Shown piece after piece: positions 25,627 through 36,590 of a stretch of DNA of 64,000 bases. Each line of letters opens with the position of its first letter. The stretch's first letter is position 1. The translations under genes were made by a program, and so were the position numbers. The DNA comes from Monocercomonoides exilis PA203 (taxonomy: Eukaryota; Protista; Preaxostyla): positions 248,001 through 312,000 of the forward strand of contig LSRY02000042.1 in NCBI GenBank assembly GCA_001643675.2, given 5' to 3'. Under the pieces are notes generated by a model. It saw nothing but the letters and a program-made list of their open reading frames with translations. It made no database searches and had not been told where the DNA came from.

Positions 25627-27119
25627 TTACGGATACACAAAATATTCTGAACAATTTTCAATCAAATGACAATCTCCAAATGAGCCGTGAATAATATAAT
25701 GGCACAGCCCAATGATGCAATCTTCGTATCCTTTTTCTTCCAGCTTTTCAAACACTTTCCTTTTCAACTTTTTCCTTTTCGCTTCTTCCATTTCATCTTT
25801 ATTCTTTTCTTTCAATTTTTTTGAAATTGAAAAGCAGAACGTCAAACTTTGGCATGTCATACTGCTTTTTATTGTTGATTGCTGAAGTTCCTCCAAAAAG
25901 AAACTTACAATTCCACTCTTCAACAAGTCTTCAATTGTCGCATCTCTGTCGCCTGTTACTGCTTCAAATAGACGAATGCACTGACAGTTGATTACTTTGC
26001 AATTGATCCTTGATGCTCGATACACTCGAACAATGATGCCTATAAGCTCAGCAAATTCTTCTTTCCAAAATCTGAAATTGCGAAAGAAAATCCACAATGT
26101 GTGAAGCCACCTCCTTGTTACAAGAACTTCTTTGACTTCTTTTCCTCTTCTTTCCTCTTCTTTCTCTCTCTTCCAATCCACAAATTTCATCAGTTCTTCC
26201 AATTCTCTTGTTGCCTCTCTCGCAAAATGCAATTCATTCAAAATCACTTCTTCCAAAGATTCTTCTCTTGCACGACGCCATTCATCGACAAAAAAACTTC
26301 CCTTGAATTTTGAATCGTTAAATTTTTGTGTCAAATATTCCCAAGCAGACTCATAGCTAAGACAAGTCAGGCAACGATAATCTTGATGATATTTGATGAT
26401 TTCTTTGATTTCATTCAAATAAAGTTTTTGTTCGATTGGCTGATAAAAAAATAAGAAAAAAATTGATTAAATTAAAAAGGAAATAGGAAAGCTCATGCAT
26501 GATCTCCATGAACGCAGCTCAAAGCCAGCAAAGCGATTTCCACTTCTTTTTGAGCTTCATTGTTTTCTTCCTTCCTCAATGTAACTTTCAGAAGGCAAGG
26601 CTCACAAATTGAAAGCAATTCTTTTGAAAATTTGCAGCTAAGAAAAAGAAAGCATTCGCAAAGATCAACAAGAAGCTTTTCATTCTTTTCTTCTTTTTTT
26701 TCATTTTCCTCAGCAATCATCTTTTCGACTCTATTGTTCAATTCAGAGTAATGAAATCCACTGCCCCATATGGTTTTCAACACATTGAAATATCCCACTT
26801 GCTTCAACAGAACGAGTGCATTATTTGTTGTTATTTTCTTTTTTTCAATCATTTTGGATATTCTGTCATACAGTTCTTTTGTGAAAATGGATTTGAATTC
26901 TTCTTTATTCATTTCCTCAACCATTAGGTTCATTTCTTCGATTTTTCTTTTCTGCTCGCTTTCTGGGCAACGCTCCAGTCCAGAAAACAGTTCTTCCAGA
27001 ACAATGCAGATATTTCAATCAAAGTGACTTCAAACAACAATCAAAATTCACAGACTTGAAAACTTGTCTGCAAGGGATCGCTCTTGAGCTTCATTATAAA
27101 ATATATCTTCATTGCACAT
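25627..27119 (-). CDS. Unknown alpha-helical family protein, copy 2 (apparently intact); exons 27119-27056, 26992-26499, 26439-25627
   Basis: Same motifs and intron positions as copy 1; intron 1 GT..AAG, intron 2 GC..CAG; the joins keep the frame. Confidence 0.8.
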
Positions 27120-28892
27120 TTCTATTCTGTTTATAATGGTGAAGATCAATTAACCGCAAAATTTCAAACAAAAAAACAGAAAAGTAAAAACAACGTTGTT
27201 GAAAAGTGACAAAACAAAGATAAAGGCCAAACTCAATTCCTTTGACTAGTTGAAAAAAAATCAATGTTAAAAAAGAAATCACAAAGAAGTTAACGGTATT
27301 TGCAGTATTCATCAAAATACGAAAGAGTTTTGTTTCTTTCTGATCAAGCTAACAATGATTCATTTCATTGAAATTGATGGTCTTTCGAATTAAATTTTGA
27401 ACATGTTGGAAAATATCACACATAATTTTTATCGTCTATCAAAATAAATTCCATATGTCTTTTCTGAGCCTCGTGAAGAAGAGAGAAAAAAGCAACAGTT
27501 TGACAGTTTATTTTGTGCATTCCAACATCGCTTCACATTTTTATATGAACATTAGTATTTCAATTTTTGAGCTCGCATTTAGAGTTATCTGGAAGCTTTC
27601 CTTGTCAGAAATGTTTTTTTCTGTTTTTTCAGAGTGTTTGCTTGTTTCCGGGAATGTTTCAAATTTAATGTGTTGAGAAAAGTTTTGAGATATCAGGATG
27701 ATTTTGTTATTTGTTCGTTTCTTGAGTGGACCATCCAGGCTGAGGAGGATTGATGGAGAGAATCAAGCTTTCTACAACTCACAGTTTAATGGTTCTTTAA
27801 CACATGATAACAATGCATAAAACTTTATCAAGACAACAATGGACAACATTATTTATCGAACTTTGAAAAAGATTCTATTACAAAAGGTTTTGAGGATGAG
27901 AGAGCAAGAACAAAGTCGAGACAGCAAAGGGGGGGTTTATGCAGAATGCGGAACTGAGCACATGCGGAATTTTGAGGACACTTAAACATATTAATTATTT
28001 GATTTGATTTCCACTTGACGTGTATTTATCGGTAAAGACACTTTTTAAGTTTTTTTTGGAAAATACATCATTTTTGGTTGTTTTTGATGATTGTTGTTGA
28101 TTCTCCAACATCAGAGTGGATTTCGAAGCAAAAGTTAAAACAAATCGAGTGGTGCCAAATCAAATATGAAATGACAGAGCAGACAACAGTTGAAGAGCTT
28201 GATCAAATTAATGTGCATTATCCATTTTATGAAACATTTACAAATTTTTTATTTGTTAAAAGAAAAAAAGAAAGGGCAAGTGGAGTATAATATGGTACCA
28301 AATGATCACGTCCCAAAATTTTATTAAATATTTTCAAAATATTTTCCATTTTTGCAACTCAGATGGCTCAACATTAGCAAGTCACGATTATGACAAAAAT
28401 AAGTATTCCACATTTTCTGAAAATGTTTACAAGCGAAAAAGAAACATTGGAATCGTTGTTTTCATCATGGAAAATGGATTCTTTGAAAAAATGCCCTGAT
28501 GATGGTTCCAATGTGAATGTATTGAAAGTGGATGAAATTCCTTATCGATTAAAATGTTCATTTTGTTAGAAACGATGGTCCATCCGTATAAACACAGTTT
28601 TTGAAGATTCCAAGTTGAAAATAAATCATATCATATTGATTCTATTAAATTGTTTGTGCCATATGGAGGTTCATCAAATGTTTTTTATGTGTGGAATCGA
28701 TAGGCATACTGTAACGTTTTATTATTCAGCAATAAGTCAGACGTTATCTCCCATCTTTCTCAGAAATCAGCAACAAATTGGAGGAATTGAAGAGGTTGTT
28801 GAAATTGACGAAGAATTTTGACACAGAAGAAAATATAATCGAGGTTTCTTGATGATTTTAAAAAATTTTTTGTTAAATTTTTTAAAATTGTC

Positions 28893-29123
28893 AAAATTTT
28901 ATTGAAAAGTTCCTTTTGTTTAATTTTCAAATAAAATAAAAATTTCATATTTTATTCAAATTTTTGTTTCAACTCACCAAATTTCACTGTCATGAAGATA
29001 AAATATTGACTGTGTAATTATTGCTATTTTAGTGAAGTTTCGTTTGTGGAAACATAAATTTGATTGAAACATGAAATTTTAATTTTATTTGAAAATTAAA
29101 CAAAAGGAACTTTTCATAAAAAT
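28893..29123. repeat. Imperfect foldback (~80-bp inverted arms, ~70-bp spacer), MITE-like
   Basis: GAAAAGTTCCTTTTGTTTAATTTTCAAATAAAAT (~28903-28936) is the reverse complement of ATTTTATTTGAAAATTAAACAAAAGGAACTTTTC (~29082-29116); similarity extends on both sides. Confidence 0.75.
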
Positions 29124-29205
29124 TAAGATAATTATTATTAGAGAAACAAAAAAGTCGAATTGGCTGATTGGAGCAACCGAAAGAAAAAAAACCGCTGGAA
29201 AACAC

Positions 29206-30800
29206 AAGGCCTCTGCGACACACATTTTTTGCGTGCAATTTGTCGGTCGAGAATCTATTCATTTGTCGAAAAGATTGATATTATTGTTTTTTCCCTAATT
29301 TTGCGATTCATAAATATATATGTATTTCCTAAACTCCACTGTTTTTTTTTTTGAAATTTTTTGAAATTTTTTAACCATAATAATAATGTATTTTATGTTT
29401 TGAAAACAAAAGAGAAAATTGTGAAAAAACTGGAGAAGATATTTGAAAGGAATCAAAAAGATTGTTGTTTTATGATAAATTCAGTGATTGTGAATGGAAG
29501 ATTTATGTTATATCTTTGCTGTTGATGTGGATTTGATAAATAGCGATAATTTTAACGTTGTTATTTAAAAAGCTCGAAGAAAAATAACTCATGAATTAAA
29601 ATTTTTCTATTCTTCTTCTTTATCCTCTTTCATTTCACCAGTTCCTTTGCTTCTGCCCACTACAACACAGCCATCTTCCATTGACACTCGATTTCCATAT
29701 CATGCCATCTCATCACAGCACCTCACATTACACTCCACAACTCTATCTTTTATATCACAAGTGCCTTCACTTTCTCTTTTTCCTCCTCCTCCTCCTCCTC
29801 TCGTATCCTTCCTTCACCTCTTCTCAGTTTCTTTAATTTACCCAACTCCATGCTCCTCCCTTCATCCAATCACCTCCCGCTCTTCCCAGCTCACTTCGAT
29901 GTCTCCTTTCTCCACTCCCAGGCTCTCTCCACTCCTCCTGCTTCTCTCTTCTGCGACATTTCTCCCGCATGCACGACTCGCCTGCACCCGCTTGCTCGAA
30001 GTGTCGATGGAACATTACGTCGTATGCTTTTGAATAGAATTGATTTTTTTGACAATATTTTCTTATTTATTTATTTGTTATTGATTTATTTATTTCCTTC
30101 TTTCTTCTTCTTTATTTATTTATCCATATCAACGTTTCATAAACATCTTATAAAAGAAGAATCACAACGTCCATCATCAGCATCAAGACAACAACTTCCC
30201 GCTCTTCGTCGACCTTCTTCTTCTTCTCCTCCTCCTTCTCTTCTTCCTCTTCATTACATGATTTTTTTAAATCTTTTATTTCTTCTTCCTCTTCTTCTAA
30301 CTCTCATTCTTCCCCCTTTCGCCTTCTCTCTTCTTTCAAACAAATTCTTTCAGATAAATGCGACGTTCTTCACTCCATCAGACTATTTTTTCATTTCAGC
30401 AACACTCTTTTCTACTGTACTCTTCGGCTTCGCATGCAGCTTCATCTAATCCTTCATCATCATTGTGGTTTTTTAATATTCATGCCGTCTCACAAACTCA
30501 CTCTAATAGAGCAACATTTCATTTTCTGGATAATACTAAATTATCTGAATATCGTTTCATTCACTTTTTTTGTTCAGAAATTAGAATTTTTTCAATTATA
30601 TATAATCACGGTTTCATGTTATAGAAAAAGAATCGCTTCATCCGTTTTTGTGCAAATTTGAACTTTGAACAATAGATTTTTACAACTGTAAGTAATAATA
30701 ATAGTAAACAAATAACCACTTTATCATTTTATAGAATTACAGCAACAGTCAAATGTTATGACTGAAACAACGTTATCAAATATGAATCAAAAATTAAAAC

Positions 30801-30836
<36 letters not shown>

Positions 30837-31390
30837 AATGTTTGTTGTTTGAAACACACAAAACTCTGTTTCTTCTTGTGAATAATGATTAAAAAGTGTT
30901 GTTTGAACAATGCAACATTTTAAAGAATATTTATCCAAATCTTTGAACTTCAAAATGAGAAATGAAAGCAAGCATGTTTCAAAAATGAAAAAAAGAGAAA
31001 TCTTCAAGTGAGTGAAAGTCTCAAAATAAAAAATGATAAACTATTGTTTGTAAATCAATTATTTTCATTTATATTTTACAACTCGAATGATCTTTGTCAT
31101 ACGACTGATCTTTGCCGTTCGACTGATCTCGACAAAGATCTGTCGATAACACTAAATTAAATATATGAATTTTAAATAAAAAAAAGAAAATTTTTTGATT
31201 AATCATTTCCATATTAAATTATGAATCTTTATAAATAAAAAATAAAAAATAAGATTTTATTTCGTTTTTCATTACAAAAAATAAAAACAAAATTTAAAAA
31301 ATTTTTTAATAAAAAAAAAATTAAACTCGACAAAATTGTTGGTCGAATTGTCGAGAAGTTAAAAAAATGTCGGTCGGTAACAGAGGCTCA
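29206..31390. mobile_element. Non-autonomous hAT-like element with internal host-derived sequence
   Basis: Left end AAGGCCTCTGCGACA; right end reverse complement TGAGCCTCTGTTACCGACCGACA; both resemble the hAT end at 46564. Flanking 8-mers GAAAACAC (29198-29205) and GAAAATAC (31391-31398) match 7/8. Subterminal CGAC/CGACTGATC repeats (31085-31145). Removing it restores the Merlin reading frame. Confidence 0.75.
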
Positions 31391-33032
31391 GAAAATACAG
31401 AATGATTGCACATTTTGTTGAAAATAGAACAAAAATTATTTTCATCCCACTCATTCGTTTTATTATAAAACCTGGAACAACAAATGCATCTGATGACTGG
31501 AGATCATACATAACACTGAACCAATTTGGTTTCATTCATTTGGTTGTTAATCATTCTGAAGGATAAAAAAAATAAATATGGTTGAACAACAAATTTTATT
31601 GAAAGAGCGTGGTCACACCTTTGCCATTCAATGTCTAAAACCGGAACGCGATACCTAGACTCAGAGGAATATATTTGGTCTTCTATATATTTAAGACATT
31701 ATGAAATGTCTTTCAATCAACTTATCAGCAACTTAGTAAAATATCGAGAATCAGAATTCATTGAACAATTAGAAAAATGTACAAACCTGGAAGAATCTGA
31801 AGATGAGACAGTATCAACGGATTCAGACACAGATGAAAGAACAATAACTATGAAATCTGATTTTCCAAGTGTCAATGATGGTGAAAATTCAACCGAATGG
31901 ACGGAATCAATTGAATAATTTTCCCATTCAATCATTTTTCACATTTCGTATGAAAATTTGTGAAAAAAGAACAAAAACAAACAAAATCATCATTTTTTTT
32001 ATTTTTATGCAGGGGGAATGATCAAATTTGTTCCAGGATCTACTCCACTTGCTAAAGAAAGAAAAGAGATCATCAAAAATAAAAATTAATGTAACATTTT
32101 TTGCAAAGATAATTTCATATTTTCACTTTCACTTTTCTATTCTATCTCTTTTTTCCTTCTGTTTTGGTGTAACGCAGATATTCTTTTGACTTAAGTTAAT
32201 AAAAACCAAACTTCTGGAAAGAAATTATCAAAGATAAACTTCTTCAATCAGAGAGGTTAGAATGTGAGCTTGTCGAAAAAAGAGTATTGCCTCATTTATT
32301 GATGATAATTTTTTCCTTTTATTTGTTTAAAAATTATTCAAATAACTTTGTGAACTTCTTTAAAAACTTCACTCAAAAACTGTTACTTCTTGCAGATTCT
32401 CACCAATTCCATCCACGACAATATTCATTCACTTTTTGAAAAACCCACACTCATCGTGCTTGTTGGCCAGAGCTTCTGGCAGCATCTGTCGTTGAATGTG
32501 TCTTTCCTGTTTTTTTTCATCCGAAATCCTTGAATCGCTCAGAAAATAACTGGAGAGAATACAAATTGAAGAAAGCAGACGCAATCACATTGGAGATGTT
32601 TCTGCAGCCAGCCGAGTCTGCTTGCAGATGAGAAGGAAGAAGAAGAAGAAGAAGAAGAGAAAGAACAAAAAGAATAATAAAAAGGAAAAGAAAGAGAAAG
32701 AGAAGAATGAGAATTCGAAGAAAAACTGATCCTAAACATGAGCATTCTTATTGTCTGAACAATGAGGAATTTAATAAGATGAAGAGCTGTTATATGTTCT
32801 TGTTAACTCTTTTGTTAGATTTTTTTTTTCAAAAAAAAAAGATTATGTTCAGTTTTCTTTTGTTGATAATTAGTTTTTTTCGGATTTATAAAAAGTTCTT
32901 TTTTTTCATTGAACAATCAAATTTTTTTCCATTAACTTTCGTATTCAGATTTTTTTTAAATTTTGTCATCAATTTTCATTTTATACAATGATTGATCAAA
33001 ATTGAAAATTTGAAAAAAGTGTATTTTTAAGA

Positions 33033-36000
33033 ATGTTTTGGGGATTAATTCTTTTTCAAATTGTATTATCGGTTTACTCGCTAGACGATCCATCACAGCT
33101 AATTACAACAGTTTTTGTCAAGCAAAGCGGGAACAATAGCAACAGTGGATTGGTTATTGGCCAGGAAAGGCAATCTTTGTTTTTGGCATACATACTCCTG
33201 AGTGATGAAACCGAATGCTACATGAAAGTTGTTGAAGATGCAAAACCATTTCCTGCGGAAGTTTTTACAGTTAACAAAAAGACAAGAATTACACTTGAAG
33301 GATGGAAAAGTGATGGAAGTGGAAACACTGAAGTCGAAATAGACTGTGAAGTGCATCAAAGTTCAGATCTATTTAATTGCTATTGTCCTGTAGAATTCAA
33401 ATACTTGGCATTCCACATTCCAACAACATTGGATAATGAAGCGAGCCCATCAGGATTTTCATTAGCTGTTATAAACGCGCAACGTACAAGCTTGACAATA
33501 AGCAACTGTAGATTTATTCGGCCAGCAGATGGAAGCGTGGTTGATTGTAGACTTGTTTACCAATATCAAGGATCATTGACAATTGAGTCAGTTGAATGCG
33601 TAGGCGAAGAAAATACATTTTCAACGAAAAGAGAACTGTTTATTACATATGAATGTGAAACAGTGATATTGTCTAATTTGACTCTGAAGAAAATTGATTT
33701 AATTGCTGATTCAAATGGAACAAAACATGCAGAAGCAGTTGTCGATATGAACGTTGACATCGAAGGCATCAAAGGTGATGTTAAATTGAATGGGAGCACT
33801 TTTTCGGAGATAAACGGCTTTCGCATGGCTTTGGCTTTCAAAACAGGTGACGAAGAAAGCACATTTACTGTTGGAGATGGAGGTGTCACAACTTTTTCAT
33901 CATTTCATACTGATTTTGAATATAGCTCTGCATTATATCTGCGAATAAAAGCTATTACATCAGCAAGTCAGATTAAATGGCCCGAAAATGGAAGGAATCT
34001 GATATTAGACAAATGCACAGTTGGAGAAGGTCAATCAAAAAGAGACACTGGACTATTATTGTGCATGGCGAATGACTCATTATTTGAAAACCTCGCAGCA
34101 GAAATGAAGAAGAGTTTTGCAGCTAATTATAATAGAAGAGATAATTTGTGGAATGTTGCAGCATATATTGAAAGACCAGAAAAATTTTACGATTTTGTGT
34201 CCTTGTATTTAGATCAATCTGTTATATTATTTATAAAGAACAAAGGAACAGGAGATGGATTGACAAGCAATTCGCCATTGAGTTCATTGAAAGGAGCATT
34301 CAGCAAACTGAATGGAATTCCAAGTCCAGAGGGATATTACATGGAGATTATGAAAGACGACAGCCCATTTTCAGCAGAAGAAGTGTCAATTAGCAACGAT
34401 AAGGGAATAACCATTGAAGGAGTGAACAGTAATGGAAAGGGAAATGCAGAAGTTGCCATTAATTGTGATGTTAGCGCATCATCTGCTTTATTTACATGCG
34501 AACAAAAGGTTGAATTCAAGTCTTTGGCATTCAACTTTCCAATTTCAAGCTTTAAATGGACAACTTTGATTTTTGGAAATGAAAGGTCAGCATCACTGAC
34601 GATCAGCAATTGCCGATTTGTCAGAATTAGAGCTCAGTCATCAACAGGAGGAGGAATTGGCACATGTGTTGATGGAGACGGTTCTGTTGCAGGCAATCTA
34701 GTGAAGGTTGTAAGTGGGAAAGTGACATTGAACAATGTTTCATGTGCAGACGATTCAATTTGTGTTTCATTTTCGATTTCGCCATTTTATTTTGAAGGAG
34801 TCAATGAAATTTCGTTGAATGGAGTGGAGGTGAGCAATGTGAATGTCCAAAATGGAGCAGCGATTGCCATTAAAGATGGAGAAAGCACGCCTTCAACAGT
34901 AAGCATTGAAGGGCTGAGCATGAAGGAAGTGAACTCAGAGAATGGAGATGTGGCTGGCTTGGAGATTTCTTTGAGTTCAGAAGAATCAACAGTCGCGATT
35001 GGAAGAAACGACAAATGCTCATTCAAATCTTGTTCAGCACCGAATGGGAAAGTTGGGGCAATATTCATTGAGATGCCAAAGGCAGCATCGAACATTCAGC
35101 TTCCCGCAGCAAACAATCTGGAGATAGACAGCTCAAACACGGCTGGCTCGCAATCATCTTCTCTGTTCATCATTGCGCCAGATTTTGATGAGTTCTGCAA
35201 AAGAGAAGATGCATTTGAGTTTGCGAATGATTATGACAATTCAACAGCCGGGTGGATTGTGGGAGCAAAAGATGCAGAATCAGAGCCAGAAGATGCGTAT
35301 GAGAAGTATTTGAAGAGGAAGGAAGAGGAAGAGAAGCCAAAGGAAGAGGAAAAAGATAAGCCAAAAGAAGAAGAAGAAGATAAAGATAAAGATAAAGAGA
35401 CGCAGAAGGAAGAGAAGGAAACAGAAGGAAAAGGAGAAAAGGCATTTCCTTGGTATATTGTTGTGATTGTTGTGTTAGCTTGTATGATTGTTGTGGTTGT
35501 GGTTGTATTTTCTGTTCTTCTTTTAGCTGAGAAGAAGAAGAGCTCAAAGAAGAGGTGGGTGAATGTTGAGGAGGAGAAGGAAGAGGAAGAAGGAAAAGGA
35601 AAAGAAGAAGAAGGAGAGGATGGATTGTATGAGGGGGAAAAGGGAAGAGGAATAGGAAGAGGAAGAGAAGGAGAAAGAGAATTAAAATTAGAACTGCAGC
35701 TAGAAGAAGAAGAAGAGGAGGAGGAGGAAGAAGAGGAAGAAGGAGAAGAGTACAGAACAACAAACAATCCAGTAATAATAAAATCAAATTCAAATGGAAA
35801 TACATCAACCATTCAGCATTTGAACAATACAACACACGAAAATAACAAATCTCACAGACATTTACAGAAAGATGAGAGAAAAGAAGGAATTAGAAGTGAA
35901 TTCATTGAAGAAACATTTAATCAGGTTTTATCACTTCCTTCTTATCCTTCTTCTTCTTCTTCTTCTGTGTTGAATAAAGAAGAATTGCAAGCAAACAAAA

Positions 36001-36362
36001 TGAAAGTGAATTTGAAAGAATTTGTGACAGAAACGAACACATTTTCATTGCAATCAAACAAACAAAATGAAGAAACAAGAATGAAAGATGAAGAAATCAA
36101 TGAAAATGAATATGAAGAAGAAGGAGAAGGAGAAGGAGAAGAAGAGAGAGAGAAAGAGAAGAAGAAAGGGAAAAAAAGAAAGAAAGCGAAAAAATCGACA
36201 CATTTAAAAGAGAATGATGAATTAGAAAATGAAAAAGGAGAAGAAGAAGAGAAGGAAGAAAATGAAGAAGAAGAAGAAAAGCAGGAAAAAAAGAAGAGGA
36301 AGAAGAAGAAGAAGAAGAAATCAAAGAAGAATGAAGGAAATGAGGAAGAAGAAGAAAAATGA
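33033..36362 (+). CDS. Single-pass surface protein (1109 aa): signal peptide, two tandem ~365-aa ectodomain modules, charged stalk, TM, acidic/Lys-rich tail
   Basis: MFWGLILFQIVLSVYS signal. Repeat pair ITLEGWKSDGSGNTEVEIDC..VEFKYLAF..SLTISNCRFIR / ITIEGVNSNGKGNAEVAINC..VEFKSLAF..SLTISNCRFVR. TM WYIVVIVVLACMIVVVVVVFSVLLLA. Confidence 0.85.
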   Translation: MFWGLILFQIVLSVYSLDDPSQLITTVFVKQSGNNSNSGLVIGQERQSLFLAYILLSDETECYMKVVEDAKPFPAEVFTVNKKTRITLEGWKSDGSGNTEVEIDCEVHQSSDLFNCYCPVEFKYLAFHIPTTLDNEASPSGFSLAVINAQRTSLTISNCRFIRPADGSVVDCRLVYQYQGSLTIESVECVGEENTFSTKRELFITYECETVILSNLTLKKIDLIADSNGTKHAEAVVDMNVDIEGIKGDVKLNGSTFSEINGFRMALAFKTGDEESTFTVGDGGVTTFSSFHTDFEYSSALYLRIKAITSASQIKWPENGRNLILDKCTVGEGQSKRDTGLLLCMANDSLFENLAAEMKKSFAANYNRRDNLWNVAAYIERPEKFYDFVSLYLDQSVILFIKNKGTGDGLTSNSPLSSLKGAFSKLNGIPSPEGYYMEIMKDDSPFSAEEVSISNDKGITIEGVNSNGKGNAEVAINCDVSASSALFTCEQKVEFKSLAFNFPISSFKWTTLIFGNERSASLTISNCRFVRIRAQSSTGGGIGTCVDGDGSVAGNLVKVVSGKVTLNNVSCADDSICVSFSISPFYFEGVNEISLNGVEVSNVNVQNGAAIAIKDGESTPSTVSIEGLSMKEVNSENGDVAGLEISLSSEESTVAIGRNDKCSFKSCSAPNGKVGAIFIEMPKAASNIQLPAANNLEIDSSNTAGSQSSSLFIIAPDFDEFCKREDAFEFANDYDNSTAGWIVGAKDAESEPEDAYEKYLKRKEEEEKPKEEEKDKPKEEEEDKDKDKETQKEEKETEGKGEKAFPWYIVVIVVLACMIVVVVVVFSVLLLAEKKKSSKKRWVNVEEEKEEEEGKGKEEEGEDGLYEGEKGRGIGRGREGERELKLELQLEEEEEEEEEEEEEGEEYRTTNNPVIIKSNSNGNTSTIQHLNNTTHENNKSHRHLQKDERKEGIRSEFIEETFNQVLSLPSYPSSSSSSVLNKEELQANKMKVNLKEFVTETNTFSLQSNKQNEETRMKDEEINENEYEEEGEGEGEEEREKEKKKGKKRKKAKKSTHLKENDELENEKGEEEEKEENEEEEEKQEKKKRKKKKKKKSKKNEGNEEEEEK

Positions 36363-36483
36363 AGAGCAAAATGACAAAATTTTTGAACAAAAACAAATTG
36401 AATGAGATGGAAGAAGAAAGAAGAAGAGAGAGAGAAAAAGAAAGAGAAAGAGAAAAGAGAAAGAGAAAAGAGAGAAGAAGGAA

Positions 36484-36485
<2 letters not shown>

Positions 36486-36540
<55 letters not shown>

Positions 36541-36541
36541 G

Positions 36542-36588
<47 letters not shown>

Positions 36589-36590
36589 AA
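36486..36590. repeat. (GAAA)n microsatellite
   Basis: Near-perfect tetranucleotide array. Confidence 0.9.

Larger units (their letters stand above)
28300..31918 (+). mobile_element. Merlin / IS1595 (ISXO2-like) DDE transposase pseudogene interrupted by two insertions
   Basis: Zn-ribbon remnant (YRLKCSFC*KRWSIRINTVFEDSKL), IGGIEEVVEIDEEF*HRRKYNRG (~28780-28845), WLIGATERKKTAGKH (29161-29205); resumes at 31399 with RMIAHFVENRT..IKPGTTNASDDWRSY..GFIHLVVNHS..TTNFIERAWSHL. Element ends not found. Confidence 0.85.

Noticed and set aside
31085-31145. Short spaced repeats CGACTGATCTTTG as a CRISPR-like array
   Set aside because: Units are ~13 bp with ~5-bp spacers, in a eukaryotic context with no cas genes; they fit hAT subterminal repeats.
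27940-32040. TIRs for the first Merlin element
   Set aside because: GG-starting candidates near 27950-27970 and 32010-32035 do not form an inverted pair.
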